64,000 nt of DNA from Candidatus Thorarchaeota archaeon (GCA_004524445.1 SDNP01000003.1:1-64000); one strand, 5' to 3'. Shown: positions 1-9,837, counted from the stretch's first letter. Program-made: numbers and translations. Notes: generated by a model from the letters alone, not told the origin.

Positions 1-49
1 ACATTTTCATTATGAACATCATTGACAAGATATTCATACTTAGAAGGAG

Positions 50-664
50 GTGTTGACAATCTCAGACATATTCAAGACAGTTGAAGAAAGTTATGATAAG
101 ATGGGAGAAACGTATCATGATTTCAGGGATAACGAGAAATTCATACGACAACTGGAACAATTCTCCGAGTTACTCTCGCACCGGGGAAGAGTCCTGGACG
201 CAGGCAGTGGTGTCGGGAAACCAACATCAGAATATCTAGCAAAAAAGGGATTCAATGTGATAGGGGTTGATATATCTGGCAAAATGGTCGAAATTGCAAG
301 AGAGAATGTTCCTGGCGCTGAATTCTACAAGAAGAATATGCTCACACTAGATTTTCCAGATGAATCGTTCGACGGCATTATCTGTGTCTATACACTATGG
401 CATATTCCACGATCAAACCATCCCGTCATAATCAAAAACTTCCATCGCATGCTAAGAGGAAACGGCATACTGGTACTTAACACAGGGACTTACGAGTCTG
501 AAGGCATGAGCGACTTCTTTGGAGAACCGATGCTGTGGAGTACTAACAACCCAAAAAAGACACTAGGGACGGTAATGGATTTGGGGTTTGAAATAGTATT
601 CGAGGGCGTATTGAAATTGGGTGGGGAGAGGCAATATTGGATATTTGCCAGAAAACGCGAGTGA
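50..664 (+). CDS. Class I SAM-dependent methyltransferase
   Basis: Motif I VLDAGSGVG, post-I GVDIS, motif II FPDESFDGI. Confidence 0.9.
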   Translation: MLTISDIFKTVEESYDKMGETYHDFRDNEKFIRQLEQFSELLSHRGRVLDAGSGVGKPTSEYLAKKGFNVIGVDISGKMVEIARENVPGAEFYKKNMLTLDFPDESFDGIICVYTLWHIPRSNHPVIIKNFHRMLRGNGILVLNTGTYESEGMSDFFGEPMLWSTNNPKKTLGTVMDLGFEIVFEGVLKLGGERQYWIFARKRE

Positions 665-743
665 TGTCAAGCGATTTTGCCCTTTCAAAGGGATAGAATT
701 GGACCTACAATTTGGACCCAACTACGAGTATCCGCTGAATTGG

Positions 744-1454
744 TCAATCCGACCCTCTCTCTACATGTCGCCTGATGATTTCTGCTGTTGGCAATAAGCA
801 ACCAATGGTTATGGCTGCAGTCCAGATTCTTGCTTCCCAGATGCTGAGACCTCCAGACTCCTGCCTTAGAATGAGATCTAATGCTAGGCTGCAGAGGAAA
901 TTCGTCAAGTTTCCCTCGCAAACTGTAAGATTGTAATGCCAAAGGAGTTCCACTCTCTGTCGCTGGTCAATTGGTGAAACATAGGTGATATTGAAATCAT
1001 CAGTAAGGATAGGAGCAGGTCCGGGCTGACCAGAAACAAATCCGGTGTGCCAGAATTTTGAGTAGTTCGCGGGGGAGAGGACAATAGATAGGTTCTCCTG
1101 CCAAGCATAATCGCGGTTATCTAGTGTGAATGATGAATGCCACGAGAGTGAAAGAGTATTGTAGTATTGGGTGGAATTTAGGGGAAAACGGAGAACCCAA
1201 TTTGCAACTACTGACTCATTATCTCCGAGAGCATGTGCAAAATATCCTCCCCCTTCTGGCAAATCACTGGGACCGTCAAATCCCTCCTCAGAATCATGTA
1301 ATAGCTGGATATTCACCGTTTGTATCGATGTCTTATTCAGCGATTGTGTGATGATCACGAATGAAGCGACCAGTACCGAAGCGATGACTGCTATTGCAAC
1401 TAACTCCTCTGTATCCAGTAGCACCCATTCAACCCTCCGGGATGGAACCTGCAT
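744..1454 (-). CDS. Hypothetical membrane-anchored protein (N- and C-terminal TM helices)
   Basis: 236 aa ORF; hydrophobic segments LVAIAVIASVLVASFVII and IWTAAITIGCLLP; N-x-S/T sequons between them. Confidence 0.7.
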   Translation of the reverse strand: MQVPSRRVEWVLLDTEELVAIAVIASVLVASFVIITQSLNKTSIQTVNIQLLHDSEEGFDGPSDLPEGGGYFAHALGDNESVVANWVLRFPLNSTQYYNTLSLSWHSSFTLDNRDYAWQENLSIVLSPANYSKFWHTGFVSGQPGPAPILTDDFNITYVSPIDQRQRVELLWHYNLTVCEGNLTNFLCSLALDLILRQESGGLSIWEARIWTAAITIGCLLPTAEIIRRHVERGSD

Positions 1455-1496
1455 TGGCTATCAGCAAACCGTACTCCTCTGCTCTCAAACAATGGA

Positions 1497-1523
1497 AATA
1501 TGGATAAGCTAATAAGTTCACTC
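1497..1523 (+). promoter_or_regulatory. Promoter block of the partial tRNA-His copy
   Basis: AATATGGATAAGCTAATAAGTTCACTC is the exact reverse complement of 2522-2548; both blocks end 34 nt before the tRNA G-1; AT-rich, BRE/TATA-like. Confidence 0.75.
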
Positions 1524-1556
1524 CATAGACCGAGTAAACGCCGCACTTCTAACCAT

Positions 1557-1625
1557 GGCCTGGCTAGTGTAACGGTAGCATAGGGGATTGTGGACGCCAT
1601 CTCCGGCGGCAGACCTCCCCTCACG
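1557..1625 (+). pseudogene. Partial tRNA-His(GTG): 5' two-thirds with a 21-nt BHB intron (1594-1614), no T-arm or 3' acceptor strand
   Basis: GGCCTGGCTAGTGTAACGGTAGCATAGGGGATTGTGG-acgccatctccggcggcagac-CTCCCCTCACG; 1574-1598 is identical (25 nt) to the intact gene on the minus strand. Confidence 0.85.
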
Positions 1626-2105
1626 TAGTGCCTGAACAGTGGACCTCAATCAAGTGCTGGAAGTGCGGACACAAGGGAATATTGTCCCAAGCAGACCCCC
1701 TTTGTGTGCCATACCTGCGGTTTTAGAACCAACGCCGACCGAAATGGTGCGCTCAACATCGCGCGCCGACTCATTACGCTCATTCCTTTACTACAGAATG
1801 AGACCGGACTAGGGCGGTGGGTGTCCCCAGAGCGGGCCCCAGTCCCAAAGGCTGTGAGGAAGACTTGTTCTTCTAAACAGAAGTCCTCACTCAACAAAAG
1901 GGGAGAATCGTCAACTCCTGTTGAGTCCGCACCCGTTCATCATGTCCAAGTGGATCTTCTCAGATTCAACGATGGCTCTGAGATGGATGATTATGACCCT
2001 GCCGTGGCAAAAGCTGTGGAAAAACTTCCTGCAGCCAGAGCTGACGAGCTGGCACCAACGCAGAAGACAGAAACCAGGTCTGATGGAGGGACGGTGTCCC
2101 GATGA
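1625..2105 (+). pseudogene. tnpB: IS200/IS605-family TnpB, C-terminal remnant (zinc ribbon + RuvC-III), frameshifted near 1682
   Basis: VVPEQWTSIKCWKCGHKG in one frame, then PKQTPFVCHTCGFRTNADRNGALNIARRL in the next; typical TSxxCxxCG...CxxCG...ADxNGAxNI motif. Confidence 0.88.
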
Positions 2106-2215
2106 TTTCAGACAAAGCCCATGCCATCCCATGCCTACCCAATATGAGACCGGTGGTGACACCAAGTATGGGAAGGGTGGAACACAGAAGTTTCTTGCAG
2201 GTGACGTTCACTCAC
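1800..2215 (+). mobile_element. Putative IS605-type right end / omegaRNA region
   Basis: Stem-loops (GGACT/AGTCC at 1806-1845; CCTACCCAATA/GTATGGGAAGG at ~2134-2176) ending in GTTCACTCAC (2206-2215), similar to TCAC/TTCAC right-end motifs. Confidence 0.45.
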
Positions 2216-2393
2216 ATTATAGGAAGCAGGTCAGCGGAGCGAGAATTGAACCTCATGTTTCATACGATTTGGACGATGGATATTATATTGTGTTCATACC
2301 AGAAGATCGAGGAAACATAATGAGCTCATGGCAAGAATTAGATGTAGTTGATTACATTGAGGAAATCTCTCCTCACTTAGATAGAACTATAGA

Positions 2394-2488
2394 TGGGGCC
2401 CAGGGCGGGAGTCGAACCCGCGTCAGGGGAGCTTTGCCGCAGAACGGGCGTCCACAATCCCCTATGCTACCATTACACCACCTAGGCC
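2394..2488 (-). tRNA. tRNA-His(GTG) with a 20-nt canonical 37/38 intron (2432-2451), encoded G-1 and CCA
   Basis: Minus strand G-GCCTAGG...GGGGA-TTGTGG[acgcccgttctgcggcaaag]C-TCCCC-TGAC-GCGGGTTCGACTCCCGC-CCTGGGC-C-CCA; perfect bulge-helix-bulge (TTGT/GCAA core, CGC/GCG outer helix). Confidence 0.96.
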
Positions 2489-2521
2489 ATGGTTTGGTGT
2501 ATACCAATTCATCGCTCAACC

Positions 2522-2548
2522 GAGTGAACTTATTAGCTTATCCATATT
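2522..2548 (-). promoter_or_regulatory. tRNA-His promoter block (BRE/TATA-like)
   Basis: AT-rich AAGCTAATAAG about 40-50 nt upstream of the tRNA; conserved in the second copy. Confidence 0.7.
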
Positions 2549-2556
2549 CCTACTCT

Positions 2557-2700
2557 ATGAAGACATCCATCCAGAAAAAGAGACCCGGGGCATACTATAC
2601 CCATCCCCGAGTGGCAGAGTTCTTAGTACGCTGGGCGGTTAGGGACCGTGGCGAGAAGATACGGACCCTTCTTATGGAGAGGGTGTCTTTCTGAAATCCT
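2557..2700 (+). pseudogene. N6-adenine DNA methyltransferase (type I/IIG-like) N-terminal remnant
   Basis: MKTSIQKKRPGAYYTHPRVAEFLVRWA, then a frameshift to DPSYGEGVFL (motif X GxYYT and motif I DPxxGxGxFL); homology ends there. Confidence 0.8.
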
Positions 2701-3150
2701 CCAAACCCTGTTTCACCTGTGTCACTGTCAAAGAATCTAGTAGGTCGCTTACGAGTCAGACTCGACACGTCCCTGAAAGGTGTTTGGTCCCTCACCTTGG
2801 TAAATCTGCCCAATAGGTAGATGAGAGTGGTTTCTTTGTGACGAGGTATGGAATTAACAGATAGTCATTCGCCCGGATTGAAGCAATTGTGGTGGTCATG
2901 GCAACAGGCACCACCTCAGCAGATGCCAGAAATTTCGGCACTAAGATGTACGACTCATTCTATAAGTTATCTACAATTCTGCTAGTGATACTCTATGAAG
3001 GTCTGAGCGGAAACGTCTGAAACAAGGCGCATCTGCGCTTCTGAAGGTTTTCTGTTTTCAGGTTGGCAGGAACAAGATTAGTGAACGTTTATATCGAGAT
3101 GTTGTTAATCATCTGCGGCAGTCTTGCATGACAGGAGGAAACCACCCGAT

Positions 3151-6100
3151 ATGAGAATGCTTGTTCTGTTCGTTGTGGGACTAATACTGCTCGCCGCTCC
3201 CGTCGGAAGCAACGAATCTGAAACTTCTCCAGTGGCATCGCTAGAGATGCACCACACTTTCAACATGGCATACACCGAACATGACCCAATCGTCATCACC
3301 AGCAATGCTGACTTCGGAAATCAGTCGTGGCCCGGAGATGGCACTCAGGGAAAGCCGTATGTCATTGGTGGACTGAATATAACCCACAACTCAACATGCA
3401 TCAGCATCAGCAACACGGATGTCTACTTTGAAATCAGTGATTGTCTGATCTCTGCTGCCGATGGTGTAGAAACCCACGGGATTGTCTTCTATAACGTAGG
3501 CAATGGCACAATCCGGAACACCATCATCAGCTCACACCGAGATGGGATTGTTCTTGACAGTTCAAAAAACTGTACTCTGTTCAACAACACAGCGCGTTCT
3601 AACACGCGCTACGGCTTCACGCTTGAACAGTCTGAGCACTGCACTCTGGCTGAGAATGAAGCTGTGGGAAACTCCGAATCAGGATTCTACTTGGATAATT
3701 CGCCAAATGCTACTCTGACCCAAAATAATGCCACTGACCATGGTGGATATGGCTTCCAAATGCATCGAATCTCCGATTCCGTCCTGACCTACAACACAGC
3801 TAGGAATAGCTCTCAACACGGAATCAGTTTGCACTGGTCCAATGATTGCACCTTGGAGCACAACATAGCAATCGACAATCCATCATATGGATTCGTTATG
3901 AGTTCGTCATCAAACCTCATAGTGAGAAACAATACTGCATATGGCTCGTACACTGGTTATTATCTCCAAAGCCTCACAGATTGCCTGTTGAGCAACAACA
4001 CAGCTGAGAATGCTGCGGGTGCTGGAATTCAGTTGCTGGGTTCCAACAACTGCACACTGGCCAACAGCACTCTAGAGGGAGGTGGTCTTCGAGTCAGGGG
4101 AGATTCACTCAACAATTGGCTGATGCATAGCATCACGGATAACACTGTTAATGGAAGACCTCTGAAGTACGTTCGCAACGCTTCAGACCACGTTATTGAT
4201 GCTAGTGATTTCGGCCAGATGATTCTAGCTAACTGCTCCAAAATCACAGTAGCAAATGGTGTATTCATGAGTGCGATGGGTATCCAGCTGGGATTCAGCC
4301 CGACCTGTACCATCATCAATAACACCGCGACCGGATCACGCCAAACGTACTACCTATACAAATCGCCCAATTCCATTCTCATCAACAACACAGCCACTGA
4401 TGTTGAGTATGCAGGCTTCTACATAGAACAGTCTACTCACTGCGTCCTGGAAAACAACACCCTTATCAACGCAGGTACGGGTTTCTGTCTGCAAAGGTCT
4501 GGAAGCTCTAATCTGACCAACAACACAGCCATCGGGGGCTACTCGGGATTCTACTTAGACAGGTCTGACGACTGCACTTTGAACAACAACACAGTCACTG
4601 ACTCAGGAGATGGGTTCTATCTGCGGGATTCGCGGAACTGCAACGTGACGTACAATGTAGCTGACAATAACAACAGAAGCGGATTCTACCTGAGGAATTC
4701 CGAGGGCTTTACACTGAGCTACAACGTCGCCAATCTCAACATGTGGAGTGGATTCTACCTTGATGGTTCAGATGATTGTATCCTGAACTATAACTCCGCG
4801 GGCAACAACGGGGAACACGGATTCTACATCCTCAATACAGCCGCCTGCACTCTAACGCACAACGTGGCGGACAACAACGCAGAACATGGATACCATCTGA
4901 AAGTATCCCTGAACTGCACGCTCAGCTTCAACACTGCCAATCTCAACACAGTTAGTGGGTACTTCTCCAACGATTCTCATTATTGTGCCATGAGCTATAA
5001 CTCCGCCAGCAACAATGTGGATCATGGATTCTACTTGCAAGAATCTACGAATTGCAGTCTAGTCTTCAACACAGCCGAATTCAACACAGGAAGTGGATTC
5101 CATGCAGACAGGTCTGAGAGTTGCATATTCGACAGAAACTCCGCCGGCTATAGCGCAGATTACGGCTTCTACCTGCTCTACGCGGATGACAGCTCCCTGA
5201 CAAACAACACCGCTAGCAACAACTCAAATCATGATGTTTACCTTGAGAACTCAGCTAATTGTGTGCTTACCCAGAATGATGTTGTTGGCATTGGTTTTCG
5301 TGTTCGAGGATGGCATGTATCTCACTGGTTGCATGATTTGACTGACAATATGGTCAATGGGAAACCGTTGGGGTATTTCAGAAGCAGTTCCGGCTTTACA
5401 ATAGATGCCAGTCAATTCGGACAGGTGATTCTCGGCAACTGTTCGAGTGTCACGGTATCAAATGGTTCATTTGTGGATGTAGATGCCATTCAACTTGGTT
5501 TTTGCCACAATTGTACTCTTATTGGAAACAGTGTCACTGGTTCGAAGATTGCGTTCACCTTGTCCAATTGTGTTAGCTGTACGCTACTTGACAACGATGC
5601 CTCATTCTCAGACTATGGGTTCTACTTTGCCGATTCTGTCAACTGTGTGCTGACTAACAACACCATCAACATGATCACATATGTAGGATTCAACTTAGTC
5701 TGGTCAACAGGCTGTATTCTAACAAGCAACACTGCAACTGACTCATATCACGGATTTGGTCTATACTCATCTGATGATTTCGTCTTGACTGATAATTTGG
5801 CTATGGGAAACGACATAGGTATCCATATCACTTCCAGTGATTACGGTCTGTTGTATCTCAACTATCTCGCCTACAATCGAGCGAACGCTGTAGACGATAG
5901 CGGCTGGAACAGCTGGGACAATGGCACTCATGGCAACTACTGGGACGATTGGGATGGCACTGGGGAATACCTAGTTGGTGGGTCTGGCGGGAGCAGAGAC
6001 CACTACCCGACATTCTTTGCAGGGTTCGCTCCGACCTTTGACCACGTTGAAGACATTGAGTACGAACTCGGTACGACTGGTCACTCTATCACTTGGAGCC

Positions 6101-6732
6101 CAAGGCACTCCTATACGGGCACTTACGAATTATACACAAATCACCTCTGGATTACAGGAGGGTCATGGAACGGTTCAGATATCATCGTTACGATCGATGG
6201 ACTCGGTCTCGGTGTTCACAACCATACACTTGTTGTATTTGATATAAGGGGGAACTCCGCCAGTAGTACAGTATTCGTCACGGTAGTGGACACAACACCA
6301 CCCACAGTTAATCATCCGGATGATATCGAGTATCAGTTCGACAGCACTGGTTATTCTATCGTCTGGCATGTATCTGATCTTAGTCCCCTCAATCACTCTA
6401 TCTACCGAAATGGAAGCCTTATTCTGTCCAGTTCGGTGTATGGGAACAACATATCAATACTTGTGGACGGTCTTGAGCCGGGTGTCTACAACTATACCAT
6501 TGTTGTAATTGACTCAAGCGGCAATAGCGCAAGCGATACTGTATTCGTGAGAGTGACTCCTGCTGACACTACGCCAACCACCACAGAAACAACATCTACT
6601 ACGACAACCACAACCACTCCTACAGAACCATCGGAGTTAGACCCGTTGATACTGGTTGCGGTAATCGGCGCAATCGGATTTGCCGCTGTTGTCGTAGTGC
6701 TCTTCGTGATGAAACAACGGATGTCTGCTTAG
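3151..6732 (+). CDS. Large cell-surface right-handed beta-helix (NosD/CASH) glycoprotein with Ig-like domains, Thr-rich linker and C-terminal TM anchor
   Basis: Signal peptide; dozens of GFYLxxSxxCxLxxNTA coils; WDNGTHGNYWDD cap; DTTPP Ig-like repeats; poly-Thr; TM LILVAVIGAIGFAAVVVVLFVM followed by KQR; start at ATG 3151 preferred over TTG 3124. Confidence 0.9.
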   Translation: MRMLVLFVVGLILLAAPVGSNESETSPVASLEMHHTFNMAYTEHDPIVITSNADFGNQSWPGDGTQGKPYVIGGLNITHNSTCISISNTDVYFEISDCLISAADGVETHGIVFYNVGNGTIRNTIISSHRDGIVLDSSKNCTLFNNTARSNTRYGFTLEQSEHCTLAENEAVGNSESGFYLDNSPNATLTQNNATDHGGYGFQMHRISDSVLTYNTARNSSQHGISLHWSNDCTLEHNIAIDNPSYGFVMSSSSNLIVRNNTAYGSYTGYYLQSLTDCLLSNNTAENAAGAGIQLLGSNNCTLANSTLEGGGLRVRGDSLNNWLMHSITDNTVNGRPLKYVRNASDHVIDASDFGQMILANCSKITVANGVFMSAMGIQLGFSPTCTIINNTATGSRQTYYLYKSPNSILINNTATDVEYAGFYIEQSTHCVLENNTLINAGTGFCLQRSGSSNLTNNTAIGGYSGFYLDRSDDCTLNNNTVTDSGDGFYLRDSRNCNVTYNVADNNNRSGFYLRNSEGFTLSYNVANLNMWSGFYLDGSDDCILNYNSAGNNGEHGFYILNTAACTLTHNVADNNAEHGYHLKVSLNCTLSFNTANLNTVSGYFSNDSHYCAMSYNSASNNVDHGFYLQESTNCSLVFNTAEFNTGSGFHADRSESCIFDRNSAGYSADYGFYLLYADDSSLTNNTASNNSNHDVYLENSANCVLTQNDVVGIGFRVRGWHVSHWLHDLTDNMVNGKPLGYFRSSSGFTIDASQFGQVILGNCSSVTVSNGSFVDVDAIQLGFCHNCTLIGNSVTGSKIAFTLSNCVSCTLLDNDASFSDYGFYFADSVNCVLTNNTINMITYVGFNLVWSTGCILTSNTATDSYHGFGLYSSDDFVLTDNLAMGNDIGIHITSSDYGLLYLNYLAYNRANAVDDSGWNSWDNGTHGNYWDDWDGTGEYLVGGSGGSRDHYPTFFAGFAPTFDHVEDIEYELGTTGHSITWSPRHSYTGTYELYTNHLWITGGSWNGSDIIVTIDGLGLGVHNHTLVVFDIRGNSASSTVFVTVVDTTPPTVNHPDDIEYQFDSTGYSIVWHVSDLSPLNHSIYRNGSLILSSSVYGNNISILVDGLEPGVYNYTIVVIDSSGNSASDTVFVRVTPADTTPTTTETTSTTTTTTTPTEPSELDPLILVAVIGAIGFAAVVVVLFVMKQRMSA

Positions 6733-7280
6733 AACGCAGGTACAGGCTCAACAAGATTTCGGAGAATGGGTCCTGGAGATTGCAGAGTCTGACCATGTAC
6801 GATCCAACCCAAACGAGGGCAATTTCGCCGCTGATTTCAGTGGAACGATTAGAGGCCCTAGCGGGTCTTAGCCAGTGGACGAAGCAAGGATTACAATTAG
6901 AATTTGGTCATATGATGAAAAGAAAACATATCGCCCAACATTTGATTCTGAAGCAATCATGAAGCATCTCGAGAAAAATGCTTTTGGTCGGGTTATGCTA
7001 AGATTGAGATTTGAACATCATCCTTCTGAAAACTCAGAAAATCAACCGCGTGAAGCACATCCACTATTTCACATTCATGTAGGAGGAAAAATAAGAGCAC
7101 AATAGAGGACACTTATGAGTGGTATCCAAACATTCCAGTTCGCAGATTGTTTTCATTTCCAAGGGATTTTTTTCTAGCAGCACGAATAATCCTATCCAAT
7201 TACTATCCGGAGAAATATGAAAATGTTCCAAAGCATCAGGATTGGTTGCGTACTGCAAATGAGGCTGAAGAAATGATGTG
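6733..7280 (+). pseudogene. Frameshifted remnant of a hypothetical protein with an HPLFHIHVGG motif
   Basis: Protein-like text continues over three frames: ...ISPLISVERLE / ITIRIWSY...MLRLRFEH...HPLFHIHVGG / EWYPNIPVRRLFSFPRDFFLAARIILSNYYPEKY. Confidence 0.5.
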
Positions 7281-7771
7281 AATGTCTTTTTAGAAGAATG
7301 TCGTGGCCAGCTCCCACAAGGTCACACTGCAAAAAGCCTTTACGACCTCTTTTTGGAATGATATAAACTAGTAATCTATTTCCTTCTAATTGATTAGCAC
7401 CCACCGGTTTCTCCCATGTGCCACATGAAATGCTCTCGAAAGCGATTTCTAATGTTGTTGTTTGCGTCTTAAAACTACAACTTTAATTGTGTAATCTGAA
7501 CATTTCCCGTCCCGGGCCATTTACTTTAATATTTATTTAATTAAAATTTCGCTTGGATGGTCATAAAGAGGACTTCCACTCCGAACTTTGCTCATCCAAT
7601 GCTTTCAGAGTTTGTGTCTAATGGTACAGTGTGATATCTGCTTGCCGAGTCAAATGCAGTATCTTTATCCAAGCCAGAGTGGCTTATATACGAGGAGTGA
7701 GTGAAGGTCACCCCCCCATAAGAAACGAAGAGCCCTTAATGTGAGAAAAAAGGGATGTGAGGGAGAAGTAG

Positions 7772-9286
7772 TTGGCAACACAGAAGAAGATAGATTATCA
7801 ACTTGGGGCTATATTGAATATTGAGTCGCATTACCCTCTTGACATGTGGGTCGTCCTTCCTTCTCATAGGGGATCATCTCTGAAGGCAGCGTTCCTATCC
7901 GAACAAGAGAGCATCTATTTGAGGTCGGGGTTTCATCGCTGTGTCATTGAGCCAAATACGCTGGCATCCATGGCAAGAGAGGCAATGAGACACCACCAGA
8001 AGGTGCCAATTGCTTTATCAAGAGTGCAACGAGAAACAGTCCTGTGGATGCAGGATGAGGATGACGCAGAGTGGCAAGTGATGGGATTGCTCCAGTATGG
8101 CCGTCCTCCGAGGGGCATGGCTGCACCTATTCGCTGGATCAGACTCAACCGGCCCCATCCAGACTTTATGGTGACTGAATCACGTCCGGAACGCGTTACA
8201 TTCCCTTCGGATTTCAATGAGCAAGTGAATGACCTGCTCACCGAGATTGCTTCCTATGAGGTAGAGTCTGAAGAGGTTGACTGCTACATCACCATTGACG
8301 ACAAGAGAGATTTGTATCAGGTCAACCACAGAAGTGGAGATGATTCATACAGCGGTATAGAGACCTCTTATACACAGGAGGTCATCGAGTATCTGAGATC
8401 CCCGTTTAGGACCGGGATATTTCCCTCAAATGAAGACGGGACAACCGTGGTGTGGGATCATCTCACCGATGTGGAATACCCCGATGTTGAGATTGGGACT
8501 AAGGATAATCCCCGAACTATCAGCATGTCCTTCTTGAAGCCATTTGTCCATAGGTCCAGCTTCTACCCGGATGTCTTATCCCTACCTGAAACCTGCAGGA
8601 GCCTGCTTGATATGAGAGAGGGGAAGGACTGCACATTGGTGATTCGAGAAGACAAAGCCCTTGCCAAACACCGCATATTCGATAGATTCCGAGTCGAGTT
8701 CAAAGGACTCGAAGAATACTCTTCTCTCAAGCGATTGGAGCAAGTGACTATGCACATATTCGATGTAGCTCTTCTTGCCGAGTGCAAGCAGCTTGTCGAT
8801 ACTCGGGCAGGAGAGTATCATCGGGTTGAGATAGAATTGGGGGAAATTGACTTTTCTCAACTTCCACATCTCTCAGAGTATGAGCGGTTGGATTCACTTA
8901 TTGAAGAAACCATCCTTATGGCTGAGCTTGGCGATGACTATGGGTATGAAAACGAGCCCGTTTCTGATGAAGATGCATGGGGCACAGATGAAGACTTGGT
9001 GTTTCTAAGCTCTCATATTAAGGTGGGAAGGCGGGGTCTCGTCACAATCATTGCTAGATTGGGATTAGAATCGGATAAGGACAATTATGATGACATTGTC
9101 ATAGTTGAGAATCTGAGTCATCATGTACACGAGGGTGATGTTGTATCCAATTCGATCTGGGAAGAGATAGACCATCGATTAGGCCATCTTGACATCTCTA
9201 GCGTGGAAATAGATCGCATTTATGAAGAAGTTGAGCAAATAATAGAGGACAGAGACCTCTCGTTATCAGACGAGGAGTTCTATTAG
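7772..9286 (+). CDS. Acidic hypothetical protein, possibly the C-terminal fragment of a larger gene
   Basis: 504 aa ORF with natural composition; TTG start; no recognised motif; flanked by decayed DNA. Confidence 0.65.
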   Translation: MATQKKIDYQLGAILNIESHYPLDMWVVLPSHRGSSLKAAFLSEQESIYLRSGFHRCVIEPNTLASMAREAMRHHQKVPIALSRVQRETVLWMQDEDDAEWQVMGLLQYGRPPRGMAAPIRWIRLNRPHPDFMVTESRPERVTFPSDFNEQVNDLLTEIASYEVESEEVDCYITIDDKRDLYQVNHRSGDDSYSGIETSYTQEVIEYLRSPFRTGIFPSNEDGTTVVWDHLTDVEYPDVEIGTKDNPRTISMSFLKPFVHRSSFYPDVLSLPETCRSLLDMREGKDCTLVIREDKALAKHRIFDRFRVEFKGLEEYSSLKRLEQVTMHIFDVALLAECKQLVDTRAGEYHRVEIELGEIDFSQLPHLSEYERLDSLIEETILMAELGDDYGYENEPVSDEDAWGTDEDLVFLSSHIKVGRRGLVTIIARLGLESDKDNYDDIVIVENLSHHVHEGDVVSNSIWEEIDHRLGHLDISSVEIDRIYEEVEQIIEDRDLSLSDEEFY

Positions 9287-9405
9287 ACTAGACGTATGTC
9301 TATCGAGTGTTAGTCAATCACCCGGAAAGAGTTACTCTTGTGGACTAAAAACACCATTTTAGAAAACATCTCGTTGCATCTACAAACTATCAAAGGCAAC
9401 AAAAC

Positions 9406-9625
9406 TTGACCAAACAACTAATTATCGGATTACACAATGCAGGTCCCATAATTCCAAGAACGGTCATCCTGAAGGATGGGAGAGAGGTTGTCATCAGATT
9501 CCGCAGTGATGATGATGCTGAGAATCTCTACGGGATGTATTCCTCCATGTCACCTGAGGCGCTGGAGTGGGTAATGGCACCGTACACACGAGAACTCTTC
9601 GACAGATTCATTTCTAATCTTGCTA
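9406..9625 (+). pseudogene. GNAT N-acetyltransferase, N-terminal fragment
   Basis: VILKDGREVVIR...DDAENLYGMYSSMSPE is a typical GNAT start; the acetyl-CoA-binding half is missing. Confidence 0.6.
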
Positions 9626-9837
9626 TCTCCTGTTATGTTCGATACTGCAATCACCTCTCGCGCCCACATGTTTTGCCGATTCTTATTCAGTTTTCCCCCA
9701 GGAGTAGAGCTCGGATAGGAATGGCCTTGTAAGATGCCTTTCAAATCGCCATGTCTACCACTTTCTCCGTTGGCAGTTTAAAATCCAGCCTGTATGAGAT
9801 GGAGTATGATAGATTTATAGCGAAACTCCTGTGCGAT

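Noticed and set aside
2229-2257. T-arm-like GAGGTTCAATTCTCG on the minus strand as a possible att site or missing tRNA 3' half
   Set aside because: The stem is imperfect, it does not match the tRNA-His 3' end, and it cannot pair with the GCCTGGC acceptor strand of the fragment
1921-2694. 257-aa ORF on the + strand
   Set aside because: It runs through the tnpB tail out of frame and antisense through tRNA-His; only the last 45 codons are the real MTase remnant
3500-5850. Recurring GGATTCTAC/AACAACAC motifs at ~66-nt spacing resembling a CRISPR-like array
   Set aside because: They are codons of the beta-helix coil consensus (GFY, NNT) inside an intact ORF; the repeats are short and degenerate, and there are no cas genes
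6568-6625. ACN-rich repeat-like tract
   Set aside because: It encodes the Thr-rich linker of the surface protein and is not an independent repeat or array
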